From the IMG/VR virus record IMGVR_UViG_3300043654_000022, positions 1 to 56,972 of that record: a stretch of DNA of 56,972 nucleotides; one strand, written 5' to 3'. The stretch comes from a virus. Lineage: Duplodnaviria; Caudoviricetes. Made by a program: the position numbers and the translations under genes. This document shows, piece by piece, positions 34,696 through 44,935 of this stretch; positions within the stretch are counted from its first letter, which is position 1, and every line of letters starts with the position of its first letter. The notes beneath the pieces were generated by a model. It was given only the letters and a program-made list of their open reading frames with translations, was not told the DNA's origin and ran no database searches.

Positions 34696-36816
34696 ATGGG
34701 AACAGATATCACTCAAGGTTTGCCGTTGGAAGTTCAGCAGGCCATCGCCCCAGCACAATCGGGACCCCAGCCGACAGGTTTTAACGGTCCACAAGGCAAC
34801 ACCTACGACTCTGGCGTGGCCCGTGTGCCTGCGCCACAAATCCCATTGCGACCCTCAGACCAGCCGGACGATTCAGAAGCCCCAGATATCCACCCAGTGG
34901 ACGCGATGGCATCGGCCTTCATTGGCCATTTAATTGACAAAGACAAGCCTGTGCAGCCAGCGCCCTCGACATCGGGCCGTCAACCCGGCTCGTTTGCGGA
35001 CAAGCTGGCAGGCGCTGCGAGCGCACTCGGTACAGGTTTGGGCGACATGCGCACAGGCGGCGACCCCGGACAAGGTCACGGCTGGTTGAGCGCGGTAGGC
35101 GCAACTTTGAATGCGCGCAGCGAGCGTGTTTCGAGAGAGAAACAGCAACAGTTTGAAAACAGCGAGCGCTTAAAAAGCGACCAAGTTAACTTGGCGCAAG
35201 CGAACATGAACATGGTTATGCATGCTCGCGCAATCCAGATGCAGGACAAGACTATCCGTGATGCAGGTGCCGCGTCTTCTGCCCACTTCATGGACACGAT
35301 GCGCGACAACTACAAAGTTCAAGACAACATCAACCAGAGCAAAATAGGTGAGATGATGACAGACCCACAGTTTGCTCGTACTCACACTGCGCGCATCACA
35401 GGGTATGAGCCCATGTTGGGAGCGGACGGTAAACCGAAGATGGATTCGGCTGGATTGCCGATTGAGTCGCCGCTTTACAGTGTTGTGAATATTGGCGCTG
35501 GGGACACGAGTACTCAGTATACAGTTCCTGCCACAGTCGCAAAGAAGTGGGCAGATGCCGGATTGCAATCAGTTCCGCCGGGGACTATGATGCCCGCTTC
35601 GGCAGCGAACAAGTTGGATGTCCAAGCGGAAAGATACGGAACGACTCTCGGCCTTTTGAATCTTGGCAAGGTCCAGCCTCTTCCGAGCAATGTTAAGGAC
35701 CAGATGGTCAGCGCATTACAGGACCCAGAAGTTCAACACGCTGTCGCAATGCAGCCGGGCAGCCCGCTCGCTGGATTGTATGATGCTCAAGCCACCGTGG
35801 CGCAGCACGTAACTGCGGCACAACAACAGCTTGACGCGGCGCAGAAGTCAGGCAACCCGCAAGCAGTACAGGCCGCACAAGACAACTTGAAGAAGGTCCA
35901 GTTGACGGCTCAAAACGTGGACTCTACCATCAACAATGGATTCACGGATGGGGAACGCAACAGTTACGCAAAGCAGAAAGAAGCCGAGGACAAGGAAGCG
36001 CAGAAGGAAGCACACGAAAACGCACGCGACGCGGAGACGGCAAGACACAATCGCGCGGAAGAAGTCATCAAACGCGCGGAAGGCGGCAACAGCCCGGAAG
36101 ACATCAACAACGCTGCCGAACTCCTTGCTACCGCAAATGAGGACCCGAGCCAACTATCGAAGCGCGCAAAGGGTTACCAGAAAACGATTGACGCGGCGGC
36201 TGACTACTCGTGGGCAAAGTACGGCAAGCCGTGGTCGCCTGCGGATGCACAAAGCGAATACAAGTACGCGACGACCAGCCAGAACCAGAACGTCCTTAAG
36301 CTGATTAATGGCGTGGTCGAGCCGAACGGAGCGTTGGAAATTGCGCAAAAGGCTGCACAAGGTTTGACTGGTTTCGACAACCAGACCTTGAACAAGGTCT
36401 TCAACACTGCCAAAGCAGAATTTGGCGATGCAAAAATCACTGACTTCCATACCGCTATGCTTGGTCTCGCCGACGAGTACAGCAAAATTATGGGCGGCGG
36501 CAACGCCAGCGACACGGGCCGTCAACAGGCTCTCGACCTTTTGAAGGATGCATATTCGAAGGGTCAGATGGCTGGCGCAGTCGCCATCATTAAGAAGGAC
36601 ATCGCGGCGCGCCAAAAGGCCATTATCGGAAATAACCGCTACTTGCAGCGCCAATATCTTGGACCACAAGGCATCACTACCACGATGATTGCGCCGAACG
36701 GCCAGAAGCAGGAAATTCCTGCAAGCCAAGTGGATTACTTCAAGGCCAAGGGCGCACACATTCAGACGAAGGACGAATACAACAAGTCGCTCCCAGCACC
36801 ACCACCAGTACAGTAA
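34696..36816 (+). CDS. internal virion/ejection protein
   Basis: helical Q/A-rich, ETARHNRAEE motif, C-terminal M.APNG....IP...V......GA. Confidence 0.7.
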   Translation: MGTDITQGLPLEVQQAIAPAQSGPQPTGFNGPQGNTYDSGVARVPAPQIPLRPSDQPDDSEAPDIHPVDAMASAFIGHLIDKDKPVQPAPSTSGRQPGSFADKLAGAASALGTGLGDMRTGGDPGQGHGWLSAVGATLNARSERVSREKQQQFENSERLKSDQVNLAQANMNMVMHARAIQMQDKTIRDAGAASSAHFMDTMRDNYKVQDNINQSKIGEMMTDPQFARTHTARITGYEPMLGADGKPKMDSAGLPIESPLYSVVNIGAGDTSTQYTVPATVAKKWADAGLQSVPPGTMMPASAANKLDVQAERYGTTLGLLNLGKVQPLPSNVKDQMVSALQDPEVQHAVAMQPGSPLAGLYDAQATVAQHVTAAQQQLDAAQKSGNPQAVQAAQDNLKKVQLTAQNVDSTINNGFTDGERNSYAKQKEAEDKEAQKEAHENARDAETARHNRAEEVIKRAEGGNSPEDINNAAELLATANEDPSQLSKRAKGYQKTIDAAADYSWAKYGKPWSPADAQSEYKYATTSQNQNVLKLINGVVEPNGALEIAQKAAQGLTGFDNQTLNKVFNTAKAEFGDAKITDFHTAMLGLADEYSKIMGGGNASDTGRQQALDLLKDAYSKGQMAGAVAIIKKDIAARQKAIIGNNRYLQRQYLGPQGITTTMIAPNGQKQEIPASQVDYFKAKGAHIQTKDEYNKSLPAPPPVQ

Positions 36817-36831
36817 CGCGAGTGAGATGAA

Positions 36832-39800
36832 ATGACCGACCAGAATCAAGATTGGTTTTCACAGAACGCACAAGGCCAGCCTCAACAGCCCGCCCAGCCT
36901 GCGACACCCGCAACAGCAGCGCCAGCAGCCGCGCCTGCGGCAGCCCCGCAGGCTTCGGGAAACTGGTTCACGGATAATGGAGCACCAGTTTCGGCTGCGG
37001 CTCCGCAAACCGGACGAGAGCAAAGTAATGCGGCGGTTGACCGAGAGTTGGCAGCGCACCCACAAGCGCCGGAAAACTATGGCTTCACCTTGGGCAACAT
37101 GTTTCACAAGGCTGTCGGCGGCGCAAAAGACGTGGTTCGTTTCGCTGCCGATGTGTCGAAGGACATCTCGGACGCGAACAAGCCTCTATTCTTTGGCGGT
37201 GCAGAATCCGGGCAGCAAGAGAGCACTTTTCACAAGTATGTGATGGCCCCTGCGGAAGAGCAGAATAAGAAAGGGCAAGAGGGCGACCAGCCGTGGTATG
37301 AGTCAGTAGGTCACTCCATCGCTGCGGCTATTCCGCTCGTTGGTCCGTGGGCGGCATCGGAAGCCGAAAAGGCTGGACAGACGCAAGATATTGGCGGCAC
37401 CGTCGCAGAAGTTGCCGGACAGGCGTTGGCTGGAAAGGGATTGGAAGTTGGCGCTGAGCACGTTATTGGCGGCTCAACCCGAGTTGCCGGGGCTGTGGCA
37501 GAGAAGGTGGCGACGAGATTGGGCGCATCGCCAAAGACAGCGGAGACAATCGGCAACATTGCATCTATTGGAGCAATCAAGCCGTTGGATGCGCACATGG
37601 AAGCGCTCGACGTTGCTGTGGACTCGCATATCTCTGCGGAGAAGAACTTTGACGCGGCGAACAAGGCGGCAGAGGCAGCGCAAGCGCAAGTAGACGCGAA
37701 CCCAAACGACGCGGGAGCGAAGGCGGATTTGGGAGCGGCACAAAAGGACCTTGTCAAGGCTGGCGCGGTTCGCGACTCAGCAGAGGCTGCGGTAGACAAG
37801 ATTCAGGATAATATCCTAAAGAGTTTGACACCCATCGACTGGTCGAAGTTGAGTTTGGAGAGTGTCGCCAACATCACTAATAAGGTGTTGAGTTCCAAAC
37901 CAGCCGACATAGCGAAGGGATTGATGGGCGTGACCTCGGACTTCCAAACTGCGCTGACCCGCTTCGCAAACATGGCGGGGAAGGCATCCGGGGTAAGATT
38001 CCGCGACGCGCTCAAAGACGTTTCGAGCGACATCAAGTCCATCATTAACGCCGACGTTGATAACAAAATTGTTGACCCGAACTCAGCAGCGGATGCCGTG
38101 GACCAGCATATCTATCAGAATATCGAGAACCCGTTGCAGCGTGCATCTGGTGCAACCCGCGATGAAAATGTCCCAGTCGTGGACAACTTCCGCGCACGAG
38201 CGGAAGCCCGCATCGACAAGTACTTTCAAGACAACCCCGGTAAGGCTGGCGGAGTAGACGAAGAGAAGGCCATCAAGGAAAAGTTGTTGGACCGCGTCAT
38301 GCGAGAGCAAGATTTGGGCGGTGATGTAACCACCCCGCGTGAACCAAATTTGTACGAGGCTGAGAGCATCCGTCAAGGCTTGAAGCAGTACGAGCCGAAC
38401 GAATCGAACGGCTTTCGTGCGGCGGCTTACGACCTTGCGAACTTCATGCGCGAGACAATCGACGAGGGCTACGAACAGCGCGGCGTTTCAGGAGTGAAGG
38501 AATCGCGTCTAGTTGAATCGAAACTAATCGACATCTCGAAGGGCCTGCGCAAAGCTCAAACATTGTTTGAAGCACAGCAGGCCGTTCCTGCGATGCAGAA
38601 GATTTGGCATGGCGCGAAAGCTGCGGCTTACGTCGCAACCCTTGGCTCTCTCCTACTCCAAAGTCCACATGGCGCACTTATAGGATTGGGGGGATTGTGG
38701 GAAGACCTCTACAAGGCGAACACGAAAGATTTGAGCGGCAACTTGGCGCGCGCTCGTGAACTCGCGGGCCGTGAACCGGAAGCAACGGCGACCGTACCAG
38801 ATATTAACCAGCAGCCGCCAACCAGCGGAGCGGGTCCCTCTATCGGTAGTGGTCCTAAGCCGACCCCTCCAAGCGTTCCGCCCCCTACACCGCCAGAGGC
38901 TGCGGTACGTCCACCGATTAACCACACACTGAACGGAGAACTCGCTGCGTACTTCCCAGACGCGACCCGTGGAACGACGCCGGACGAGTACAATGCCTTG
39001 ATAGACCGATTCAACGCGGATTATCAAGCGAAGCTGCGCGGCGTTACTGACTTCAAGGCGAAGAACCCGGACCAGCCTCTTCCGGAAGGTGTTGCGGAAG
39101 AGTGGGCAGCGGCTAAGCAGTTGAAGGGCACGATTGAAAGAGAGGGCGCGAAGGAAGACGCTAAAATTGAGCAGGAGAACCAGAAGCGCCAACAGCAATA
39201 CCAGAAGGAACTTCTCAAGTATCAGGCGAAGAACCAAGCAGAGATTACGAAGGCACAAGCAGAGACTGCGGCGAAAGCGGAGCAAGAGAAGGCCGCTGCC
39301 GAACAAGCAGAGAAGAACCGCGTTGCTGCAATCTTGGCAGACAAAAAAGTTGCGCACGCTCCGTTTGTTAACGCTACGGAGCCTTCGACCTTGTCGGCGC
39401 GCGAGGGCACTCACGAAGTTGGCGGTCACATCCTTGTAGCGAACGCAGTGGGGCTGAACCCGACAAAGTTCTTGTCGGAGTTCCACCCGGAACTGGAGGG
39501 TACCGACTCCCACGCTCAAGTTCAAACGGACAGCAGCGGCGCTCAAGAGGGTCCAGTTGGTATCGCCCAGCGCGTGCTGACCCACCTCGGCGGTCCCGCG
39601 TGGGACGAAGTTCACAACAACATTCCTGCGGACGTGAACGACAGAGCCAGCGGCGATTTTGATGAAGCGAAGCGCATTCTGCGCGAAGAGAGCAGCTTGA
39701 ACCCGCGTCAGCAGAAGATGCTGTATGACGCGTTGTATGACAAGGCGAAGGAAATTGTATCGAATCCAGACGCTGTGGCTATCGCGAAAACGAACGCCGC

Positions 39801-41391
39801 GCTTCGCGAGGAGGGTCTGCACAACTCTCTTCACATGTCGGAGAACCGCATCAAGGTCTTGAATAAACTATTTAAGGGGGTATTTGGCGATGATGTCGAA
39901 ACAACACTCGGTGGTAAAAGAGTTCGTAAAGGGGCAACCGATGGAGGAGTATCGTCAGGAGAACCCGCTGACACCGGAGCAGAAGGAACAGAACGCGATG
40001 GGTCTGCTCAAGACGTTTCTGCCGGAAGTCCACGAGCGGCTGGTGAAGAAGCAGTCGAAGGAAAGCAAGAACGCTCAAGCATAACAAAGGGCGCGGAACA
40101 GTCTTCTATAAAGAAAACCATTCCGGCGGGCGGCACAGGAGCGAAGACGGAGTTTCCGGATTACCCGTTGGAGCAGCGTCTAGCTGACCTCGGTATCGAG
40201 AAGTCAAATCTGGCGAAGTCGCCGAAGGGTTCCAGCGTTCCTTTGATGGAGAATCCGCTGAGAGTGAAACCGGGTAAAGGGCGCGAAGAAGCCAACACGC
40301 TCGACCTTGCGAAGGGGTTGAACCAGTTCAACAGAAAACAACTGCCTGCGTTGGAGCCGGGTTCGGAGCCGAAGGAGATGGTTGACCGCGCGAAGAAGAT
40401 TGCGGAAGACGAAGCGAAGTATCAGTTGGCGCAGTCAAAGACTGGCACCGAGTGGTACACCACGGAAATGAAGGACCACGACAAGGTCTTGACCGACCTG
40501 CGCCCTGAGTTGTTGACGGGACCGGAGACAGCTTCGGAAGCGCCGTGGACTCACACCGCGAAGATGACCTTGTTCAAGGCGGCGGAAGCTATTTTGTCAT
40601 CCGGCCAGAAGCCGTATGCGAACGTGAAGGCGGCACTGCGCGCTTGGGATGCATACAACGAGACGGGAGAATTTCCTCGCAGTAATCCGGCAACAGGCAA
40701 GGAAGGAATGTCGTGGGGTCCTCGCGGCGTGAATGCGTACGGGAACGCTTTCGACTATTTGAACCGCTTGGTTTCGGAGAAGGGTGAAAAGGGTGCAGCC
40801 GATTGGTTGCTCTCGGAGCACCCGGTATCGGAATTGAAGGACTACAATCCAAGTGTCAGCGGCAAGAAGACCGACATGGCAACAGGCGCGATGATTTTGG
40901 GAGAGAAGCGTGGACCATTCATGCAGAACCTTCACGGCATCGAGTCGAAGTTCACCGCCGACATGTGGGTATCGCGTAGCTGGAACCGCTGGATGGGCAC
41001 ACTAGACTTGGACCCTCGCATCGGGGACAAGGGCAAGATGATATCAGAGTCGGACGCGCCACGCAACAACACGGAGCGCACGCTGATGAAACAAGCGTTC
41101 GGTGAGACCGCCGACAAGCTAGGCTTAACCACATCATCGTTGCAGGCCGTGCTCTGGTACTACGAGCAAGCATTGTATCGTGCCCACGGGCTCCCTGTAG
41201 AGTCGTGGTCGTTCTCTGACGCTGCAAAGCGAGTAGGGAAGGAAGCGAGTGCCCCATCGGAGTCGGAGCAGAGCGGATTCAAGTTCGGAGCGAACGAGGG
41301 CGGGGAAGGCGCGGTGCCGAAGATAGAGCCAAAGCACTCAGGCGCTTTACACGCGTTCGACTTCTTAAACTCATTTAAGGACAAGAAATAA
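36832..41391 (+). CDS. large multidomain ejection (polyvalent-like) protein
   Basis: DWFSQN N-terminus, coiled coils, HEVGGH zincin-like segment, C-terminal WY..LSSGQ..GPF.QNL..DMW.SR..LQAVLWY domain. Confidence 0.75.
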   Translation: MTDQNQDWFSQNAQGQPQQPAQPATPATAAPAAAPAAAPQASGNWFTDNGAPVSAAAPQTGREQSNAAVDRELAAHPQAPENYGFTLGNMFHKAVGGAKDVVRFAADVSKDISDANKPLFFGGAESGQQESTFHKYVMAPAEEQNKKGQEGDQPWYESVGHSIAAAIPLVGPWAASEAEKAGQTQDIGGTVAEVAGQALAGKGLEVGAEHVIGGSTRVAGAVAEKVATRLGASPKTAETIGNIASIGAIKPLDAHMEALDVAVDSHISAEKNFDAANKAAEAAQAQVDANPNDAGAKADLGAAQKDLVKAGAVRDSAEAAVDKIQDNILKSLTPIDWSKLSLESVANITNKVLSSKPADIAKGLMGVTSDFQTALTRFANMAGKASGVRFRDALKDVSSDIKSIINADVDNKIVDPNSAADAVDQHIYQNIENPLQRASGATRDENVPVVDNFRARAEARIDKYFQDNPGKAGGVDEEKAIKEKLLDRVMREQDLGGDVTTPREPNLYEAESIRQGLKQYEPNESNGFRAAAYDLANFMRETIDEGYEQRGVSGVKESRLVESKLIDISKGLRKAQTLFEAQQAVPAMQKIWHGAKAAAYVATLGSLLLQSPHGALIGLGGLWEDLYKANTKDLSGNLARARELAGREPEATATVPDINQQPPTSGAGPSIGSGPKPTPPSVPPPTPPEAAVRPPINHTLNGELAAYFPDATRGTTPDEYNALIDRFNADYQAKLRGVTDFKAKNPDQPLPEGVAEEWAAAKQLKGTIEREGAKEDAKIEQENQKRQQQYQKELLKYQAKNQAEITKAQAETAAKAEQEKAAAEQAEKNRVAAILADKKVAHAPFVNATEPSTLSAREGTHEVGGHILVANAVGLNPTKFLSEFHPELEGTDSHAQVQTDSSGAQEGPVGIAQRVLTHLGGPAWDEVHNNIPADVNDRASGDFDEAKRILREESSLNPRQQKMLYDALYDKAKEIVSNPDAVAIAKTNAALREEGLHNSLHMSENRIKVLNKLFKGVFGDDVETTLGGKRVRKGATDGGVSSGEPADTGAEGTERDGSAQDVSAGSPRAAGEEAVEGKQERSSITKGAEQSSIKKTIPAGGTGAKTEFPDYPLEQRLADLGIEKSNLAKSPKGSSVPLMENPLRVKPGKGREEANTLDLAKGLNQFNRKQLPALEPGSEPKEMVDRAKKIAEDEAKYQLAQSKTGTEWYTTEMKDHDKVLTDLRPELLTGPETASEAPWTHTAKMTLFKAAEAILSSGQKPYANVKAALRAWDAYNETGEFPRSNPATGKEGMSWGPRGVNAYGNAFDYLNRLVSEKGEKGAADWLLSEHPVSELKDYNPSVSGKKTDMATGAMILGEKRGPFMQNLHGIESKFTADMWVSRSWNRWMGTLDLDPRIGDKGKMISESDAPRNNTERTLMKQAFGETADKLGLTTSSLQAVLWYYEQALYRAHGLPVESWSFSDAAKRVGKEASAPSESEQSGFKFGANEGGEGAVPKIEPKHSGALHAFDFLNSFKDKK

Positions 41392-41392
41392 C

Positions 41393-41421
41393 TTGACAAG
41401 CTGCCCCAATTGTGGTAGCAT
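41393..41421 (+). promoter_or_regulatory. sigma70 promoter
   Basis: TTGACA-17-TAGCAT with TG. Confidence 0.65.
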
Positions 41422-41437
41422 CATATAGAGGATTGAC

Positions 41438-41608
41438 ATGGAAAAGAAACAGGGTCCAACCGAAATGCAGGCCGAGGTCGAACGCTTGAAGGCTGCGGGT
41501 AAGCTGCCCCAGCTTCATGAGCTCTTGGGTGCAGTCGCCGATACCCGTTCTAAGTACCGTGATGCAATCCTTGATGCTCAAAAACTAGATGAGGAGAAAG
41601 AAGAATAA
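41438..41608 (+). CDS. small protein (56 aa, not in ORF track)
   Basis: GAGG SD; MEKKQGPTEMQAEVERLKAAGKLPQL; TAATG coupling. Confidence 0.65.
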   Translation: MEKKQGPTEMQAEVERLKAAGKLPQLHELLGAVADTRSKYRDAILDAQKLDEEKEE

Positions 41609-41802
41609 TGTCACACTCAGCAGGCAGCGGCGATACCTTGGCTCGTGGCGCAATCCGTGCAACTTATGCGGTTCGCGACGAGAAGTCAATCTCCCAGAAG
41701 AAATGGGATGAGATGTTTGCGGATTTCGACCCGGAAGCATTTCAAAAGAAGGACTCACAAAAGGCCGTAAGCGGACCAAAAGAAAAGACGGCGCGTCGCT
41801 AA
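41608..41802 (+). CDS. hypothetical protein
   Basis: coupled ORF. Confidence 0.6.
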   Translation: MSHSAGSGDTLARGAIRATYAVRDEKSISQKKWDEMFADFDPEAFQKKDSQKAVSGPKEKTARR

Positions 41803-41806
41803 TTTG

Positions 41807-42604
41807 ATGCGAGACATCGTCGCTATCCCGACTTGTTACAGAACTGAACTGCTTGCGCTGTGTCTGCTTAGATTATCTGGTGCTGAGGGCTGCCCCGAGG
41901 TCCACATTTACGCAGACACAGCTTCCAAGATTGACGAAGTGGAATACGTTCGAGACGAGTACTTTCCCACAGCAACAATATTCCACGCCAAGCCTCATAT
42001 CCAAGCGCCGTCCGGCTGCTGGAATATCCTCAACTCAATTAAGAGCGCGGCATCCTTTGCGGACGATGTGTATTTGATTGAAGACGACGTGATGGTTTTC
42101 CCGGATTTTTTCCGTTGGCACCGCTCCCGCTTGGAAGCCGCCTCCTGCGGTCGTCGCATGTTAACCCGCCCTGACTTTTCCTATTACACAAATCCCGGCT
42201 CTCTCTTGCGTCGCGCGCTTCTCGACGCCCTTATTCCTCACATCAACGACACATATTTTCAAGACACGGTCGCTTATTGCGAGAAGTTTCCTACCGCGGA
42301 TTGGAGCTCCACTTTAGATGATGGGTTGATTCGTCGGGTGATTAAAGAGGCGGGTCTGAGTTGGCACATCCCGGACAAGGCCGTTTGCGCACACCAAGGT
42401 TTTCGAAATTATAGCAAGCTTGATATATTTATGAATGAGGGGGCGGATGTGGAAGAGCGTATCGGTCGCTTTCTCGAATTGTGCGAGCTCATCCCGAACT
42501 CCCCAGACCCGCGCGTTCAACGTTACGCTGCCGACTTCGAACCGTTCTCGCCTTCTATGTCTCCGCAAAAGACGCAGTGGTGCTCGTCTCCGACTCCAGA
42601 GTAA
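41807..42604 (+). CDS. GT-A fold glycosyltransferase
   Basis: IPT..R.E.L..CL N-terminus, YLIEDD motif, H.G. Confidence 0.75.
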   Translation: MRDIVAIPTCYRTELLALCLLRLSGAEGCPEVHIYADTASKIDEVEYVRDEYFPTATIFHAKPHIQAPSGCWNILNSIKSAASFADDVYLIEDDVMVFPDFFRWHRSRLEAASCGRRMLTRPDFSYYTNPGSLLRRALLDALIPHINDTYFQDTVAYCEKFPTADWSSTLDDGLIRRVIKEAGLSWHIPDKAVCAHQGFRNYSKLDIFMNEGADVEERIGRFLELCELIPNSPDPRVQRYAADFEPFSPSMSPQKTQWCSSPTPE

Positions 42605-42750
42605 ACGAACTGGTGCTTGTACTGCTTGCCCTTCACTTTGATACACACGCGCTTCAAATCGTGCGCGTTCCCCTTGTTCAAAGGACAACCTGTGTACACG
42701 GAACACCAGCGACCGGATTGTCCACACGCACGGCAAATTTCTCTATCCAT
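42523..42750 (-). CDS. small Cys-rich protein
   Basis: CxxC pairs; overlaps convergent glycosyltransferase end. Confidence 0.45.
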   Translation of the reverse strand: MDREICRACGQSGRWCSVYTGCPLNKGNAHDLKRVCIKVKGKQYKHQFVYSGVGDEHHCVFCGDIEGENGSKSAA

Positions 42751-42925
42751 TGTTCGGTTCCTTTGGTGCTCGGGCCTCGGTACACTTGGGGCACCAGCGG
42801 AGCCGATTGCAGACCCCGTCTCGACCAATTCGCACGCTGTCATGTAGCGGCCCGAAGTCAGCCAGCGGTTTCGTTTCTCGGTGGCCGCAAAAGTAAATCA
42901 TAGTCACCACAGTTTCCGGGTTCAT
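42743..42925 (-). CDS. small Zn-ribbon protein
   Basis: CGH...CPKC; ATGA coupling. Confidence 0.55.
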   Translation of the reverse strand: MNPETVVTMIYFCGHRETKPLADFGPLHDSVRIGRDGVCNRLRWCPKCTEARAPKEPNNG

Positions 42926-43302
42926 GTGGTCACTTCCGGGTCTCGATAACCCATCCGGGTACCGATTGCGCGGCACTTCTTCTTCACTAGTTGATACGCC
43001 TCGTCAAACGAATAGTAGCCGTGCCAAAACGCGACCGGGATGCGAAACTTTCCCGGGGTGTGGATGACGAAATACCCCCGGTTGTATCCCAGCTTCACCA
43101 GCGCCACATAAATCTCGTCTCGACCGCCATTGTACATGGACTCGACCATCCCCCATGCGGCATCCATGCCCTTGTCGTCTTTCCACTCGTGGATGACTTC
43201 GAATTGTCCATTGGCCCAATCGGCGAGCAAGCCTCCGTACTCAGAGCCGCGAAAAGCCTTCCACGAGGCGATGAGTCTACGAATTAGGAGAGGTAATTTC
43301 AC
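42922..43302 (-). CDS. hypothetical protein
   Basis: GTG after AGGAG. Confidence 0.65.
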   Translation of the reverse strand: MKLPLLIRRLIASWKAFRGSEYGGLLADWANGQFEVIHEWKDDKGMDAAWGMVESMYNGGRDEIYVALVKLGYNRGYFVIHTPGKFRIPVAFWHGYYSFDEAYQLVKKKCRAIGTRMGYRDPEVTT

Positions 43303-43303
43303 G

Positions 43304-43567
43304 TCACTCTCCTAACCTTTCCGAGAGGCCGCGCCGTGTTTCCTCGGCTTGCGGTTCCGTCACTGCTGCCAGCGTGGACAAGAACGACTTGAGCTCAATG
43401 CATTCTCTCACGTCCGCTTTGAACTGAGTATTGTAATCTTCCAACCGTTGGGTCAGAGCTTCCAACCGCTGGGTCAGAGATTGAATCTGGCGCATCCTGT
43501 AATTGTTATTGGCGTCTAGCTTCTGGATTCGTTCTTCCACCAGCTTCTTCAAAATCGGTGTCAGCAT
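43304..43567 (-). CDS. coiled-coil protein with 21-bp duplication (43438-43479)
   Basis: LTQRLE twice; AGGAG SD. Confidence 0.65.
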   Translation of the reverse strand: MLTPILKKLVEERIQKLDANNNYRMRQIQSLTQRLEALTQRLEDYNTQFKADVRECIELKSFLSTLAAVTEPQAEETRRGLSERLGE

Positions 43568-43581
43568 TATCGTCTTTTCTC

Positions 43582-44100
43582 CTAAAGGCTAAATCCAAGT
43601 CCGGCCTTCTCAGACCAGTCCTTGCGTGCGGAAATTTCGGAGCCCACCTTGGTGTAGCGGGCGGTGATGTCTTTGGCCGCGTGGCCTGCCCAAAACTTCA
43701 CCAGCGTCTCCGGGACGTTGGCGAGTTGCAGGTGAGTGATGCGAAAGCGACGAAGGGAGTGGAAGCCTTCCAGCCCCAAGGCTTTAAACTTGCGGCGGTA
43801 CTGGCGCTCCGATTGGGGGAACATCGGGCCTTCTAGATTCGCGAATTGCGAACGCAGAAGGGCGTTGATTTCCGGGGCGAGGTCAACAATACGCTTCCCG
43901 GCCCGGGTCTTCGGGCCCGTCTGGAAAACACCCTCTACAAGGGTCCCAGAGACCGTAATCGACCCCTGTATGGGGTCCCAGACGTTGCCTTGCCCGATAG
44001 CCAGCGCCTCCCCAATTCTGAGACCAGAGCCTGCTAAGAGGACGATAAGTAGCCTCAATCGGCTATTAGGCGCTCTGTGAGACGACTTTTCAAGAATCAT
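43582..44100 (-). CDS. tyrosine integrase, catalytic half
   Basis: GLRIGE, HSLRR, AGH, TARY intact; own GGAGG SD before ATG 44100. Confidence 0.88.
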   Translation of the reverse strand: MILEKSSHRAPNSRLRLLIVLLAGSGLRIGEALAIGQGNVWDPIQGSITVSGTLVEGVFQTGPKTRAGKRIVDLAPEINALLRSQFANLEGPMFPQSERQYRRKFKALGLEGFHSLRRFRITHLQLANVPETLVKFWAGHAAKDITARYTKVGSEISARKDWSEKAGLGFSL

Positions 44101-44506
44101 GGGTCTTTTCCTCCACCGAGGGTAATTCTGGCTTATAAACGATTCTAGGGCCATTTACGACAATTGCTAGAATATCGCTTTTCATTCGCTCTTTGGATGT
44201 GGTAGGTTCCCCTTTCTTGTTTAAATATCCGGTGCGTACTTCGACGGTGAAAAGAAGTGAACCTCTCTTGACCACTAAATCCGAGGAACCCCAAGGACTA
44301 ACATTTCTATAAACTTCAAATCCTTTATGAAGCAAATCAGCAGAGACAAGTAACTCGCTTTCTGCCCCCAAATTTGACCCTTTTGCTTTAGAATCCGAGC
44401 GAACGTTTTCCCAATGCCTTTTTGACCCACAGCGCGAAGAACAAAATTTCGCTGTTTCCTGCTTATTAGGGTCAAGAGTTTTTCCGCATCTCCAACATTT
44501 TCTCAT
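44090..44506 (-). CDS. PD-(D/E)XK homing-type endonuclease with Zn finger
   Basis: CWRC..FCSSRC; G..SE..V..DL...G.EV...DLVV...VEVRT. Confidence 0.8.
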   Translation of the reverse strand: MRKCWRCGKTLDPNKQETAKFCSSRCGSKRHWENVRSDSKAKGSNLGAESELLVSADLLHKGFEVYRNVSPWGSSDLVVKRGSLLFTVEVRTGYLNKKGEPTTSKERMKSDILAIVVNGPRIVYKPELPSVEEKTHDS

Positions 44507-44901
44507 TGCAATAGCCTCAAAATTTCTGTTAGCCGCTCTCCTGTAATTATGGGAGTCTTCTGGGAGTCCGGGTCGATGCCGGGGGCCTTGATATAGTCTG
44601 AGTTCCAAACGACCGGGTAAAGGGGGTTGCCGCGGCCATCCACGGCGCTCTTAACCACCTGCTTGACAAGGGTGACCGCCAAGCCTATCGTGGCAGGGCT
44701 AAGGCGAGCCTCGGCAAGATGGCTCACCAGCGACTTGGCGGTCTTGTTGTCGACTTCCTCTAATTCCAACCCGCCGATGGCGGGGTTGATTCGGTTGTCG
44801 AGGATGGAGCGGTAGACGTGCAGCGTGTTAGGACGTGCCACGCTGGCGATGTCGGCTAAGTACGCCTCGGCTTGTTTTGAGAACGTCATTACGCTATCCA
44901 T
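44503..44901 (-). CDS. tyrosine integrase, N-terminal core-binding half
   Basis: TF...AE.YL.......NT...Y...L...I.P.IG...L..V, LSPATI, LKQ-like VKQVVK.AV. Confidence 0.8.
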   Translation of the reverse strand: MDSVMTFSKQAEAYLADIASVARPNTLHVYRSILDNRINPAIGGLELEEVDNKTAKSLVSHLAEARLSPATIGLAVTLVKQVVKSAVDGRGNPLYPVVWNSDYIKAPGIDPDSQKTPIITGERLTEILRLLQ

Positions 44902-44907
44902 GTTACG

Positions 44908-44935
44908 AGTATACACGATTCCGGGTTTTTGTCAA
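44908..44935 (-). promoter_or_regulatory. sigma70 promoter of the integrase (probably leaderless)
   Basis: TTGACA-16-TATACT; ATG 7 nt after the -10. Confidence 0.65.

Noticed and set aside
44090-44506. Group I intron or intein in the integrase
   Set aside because: The insert is entirely coding with overlapping start/stop codons; no ribozyme core or intein termini
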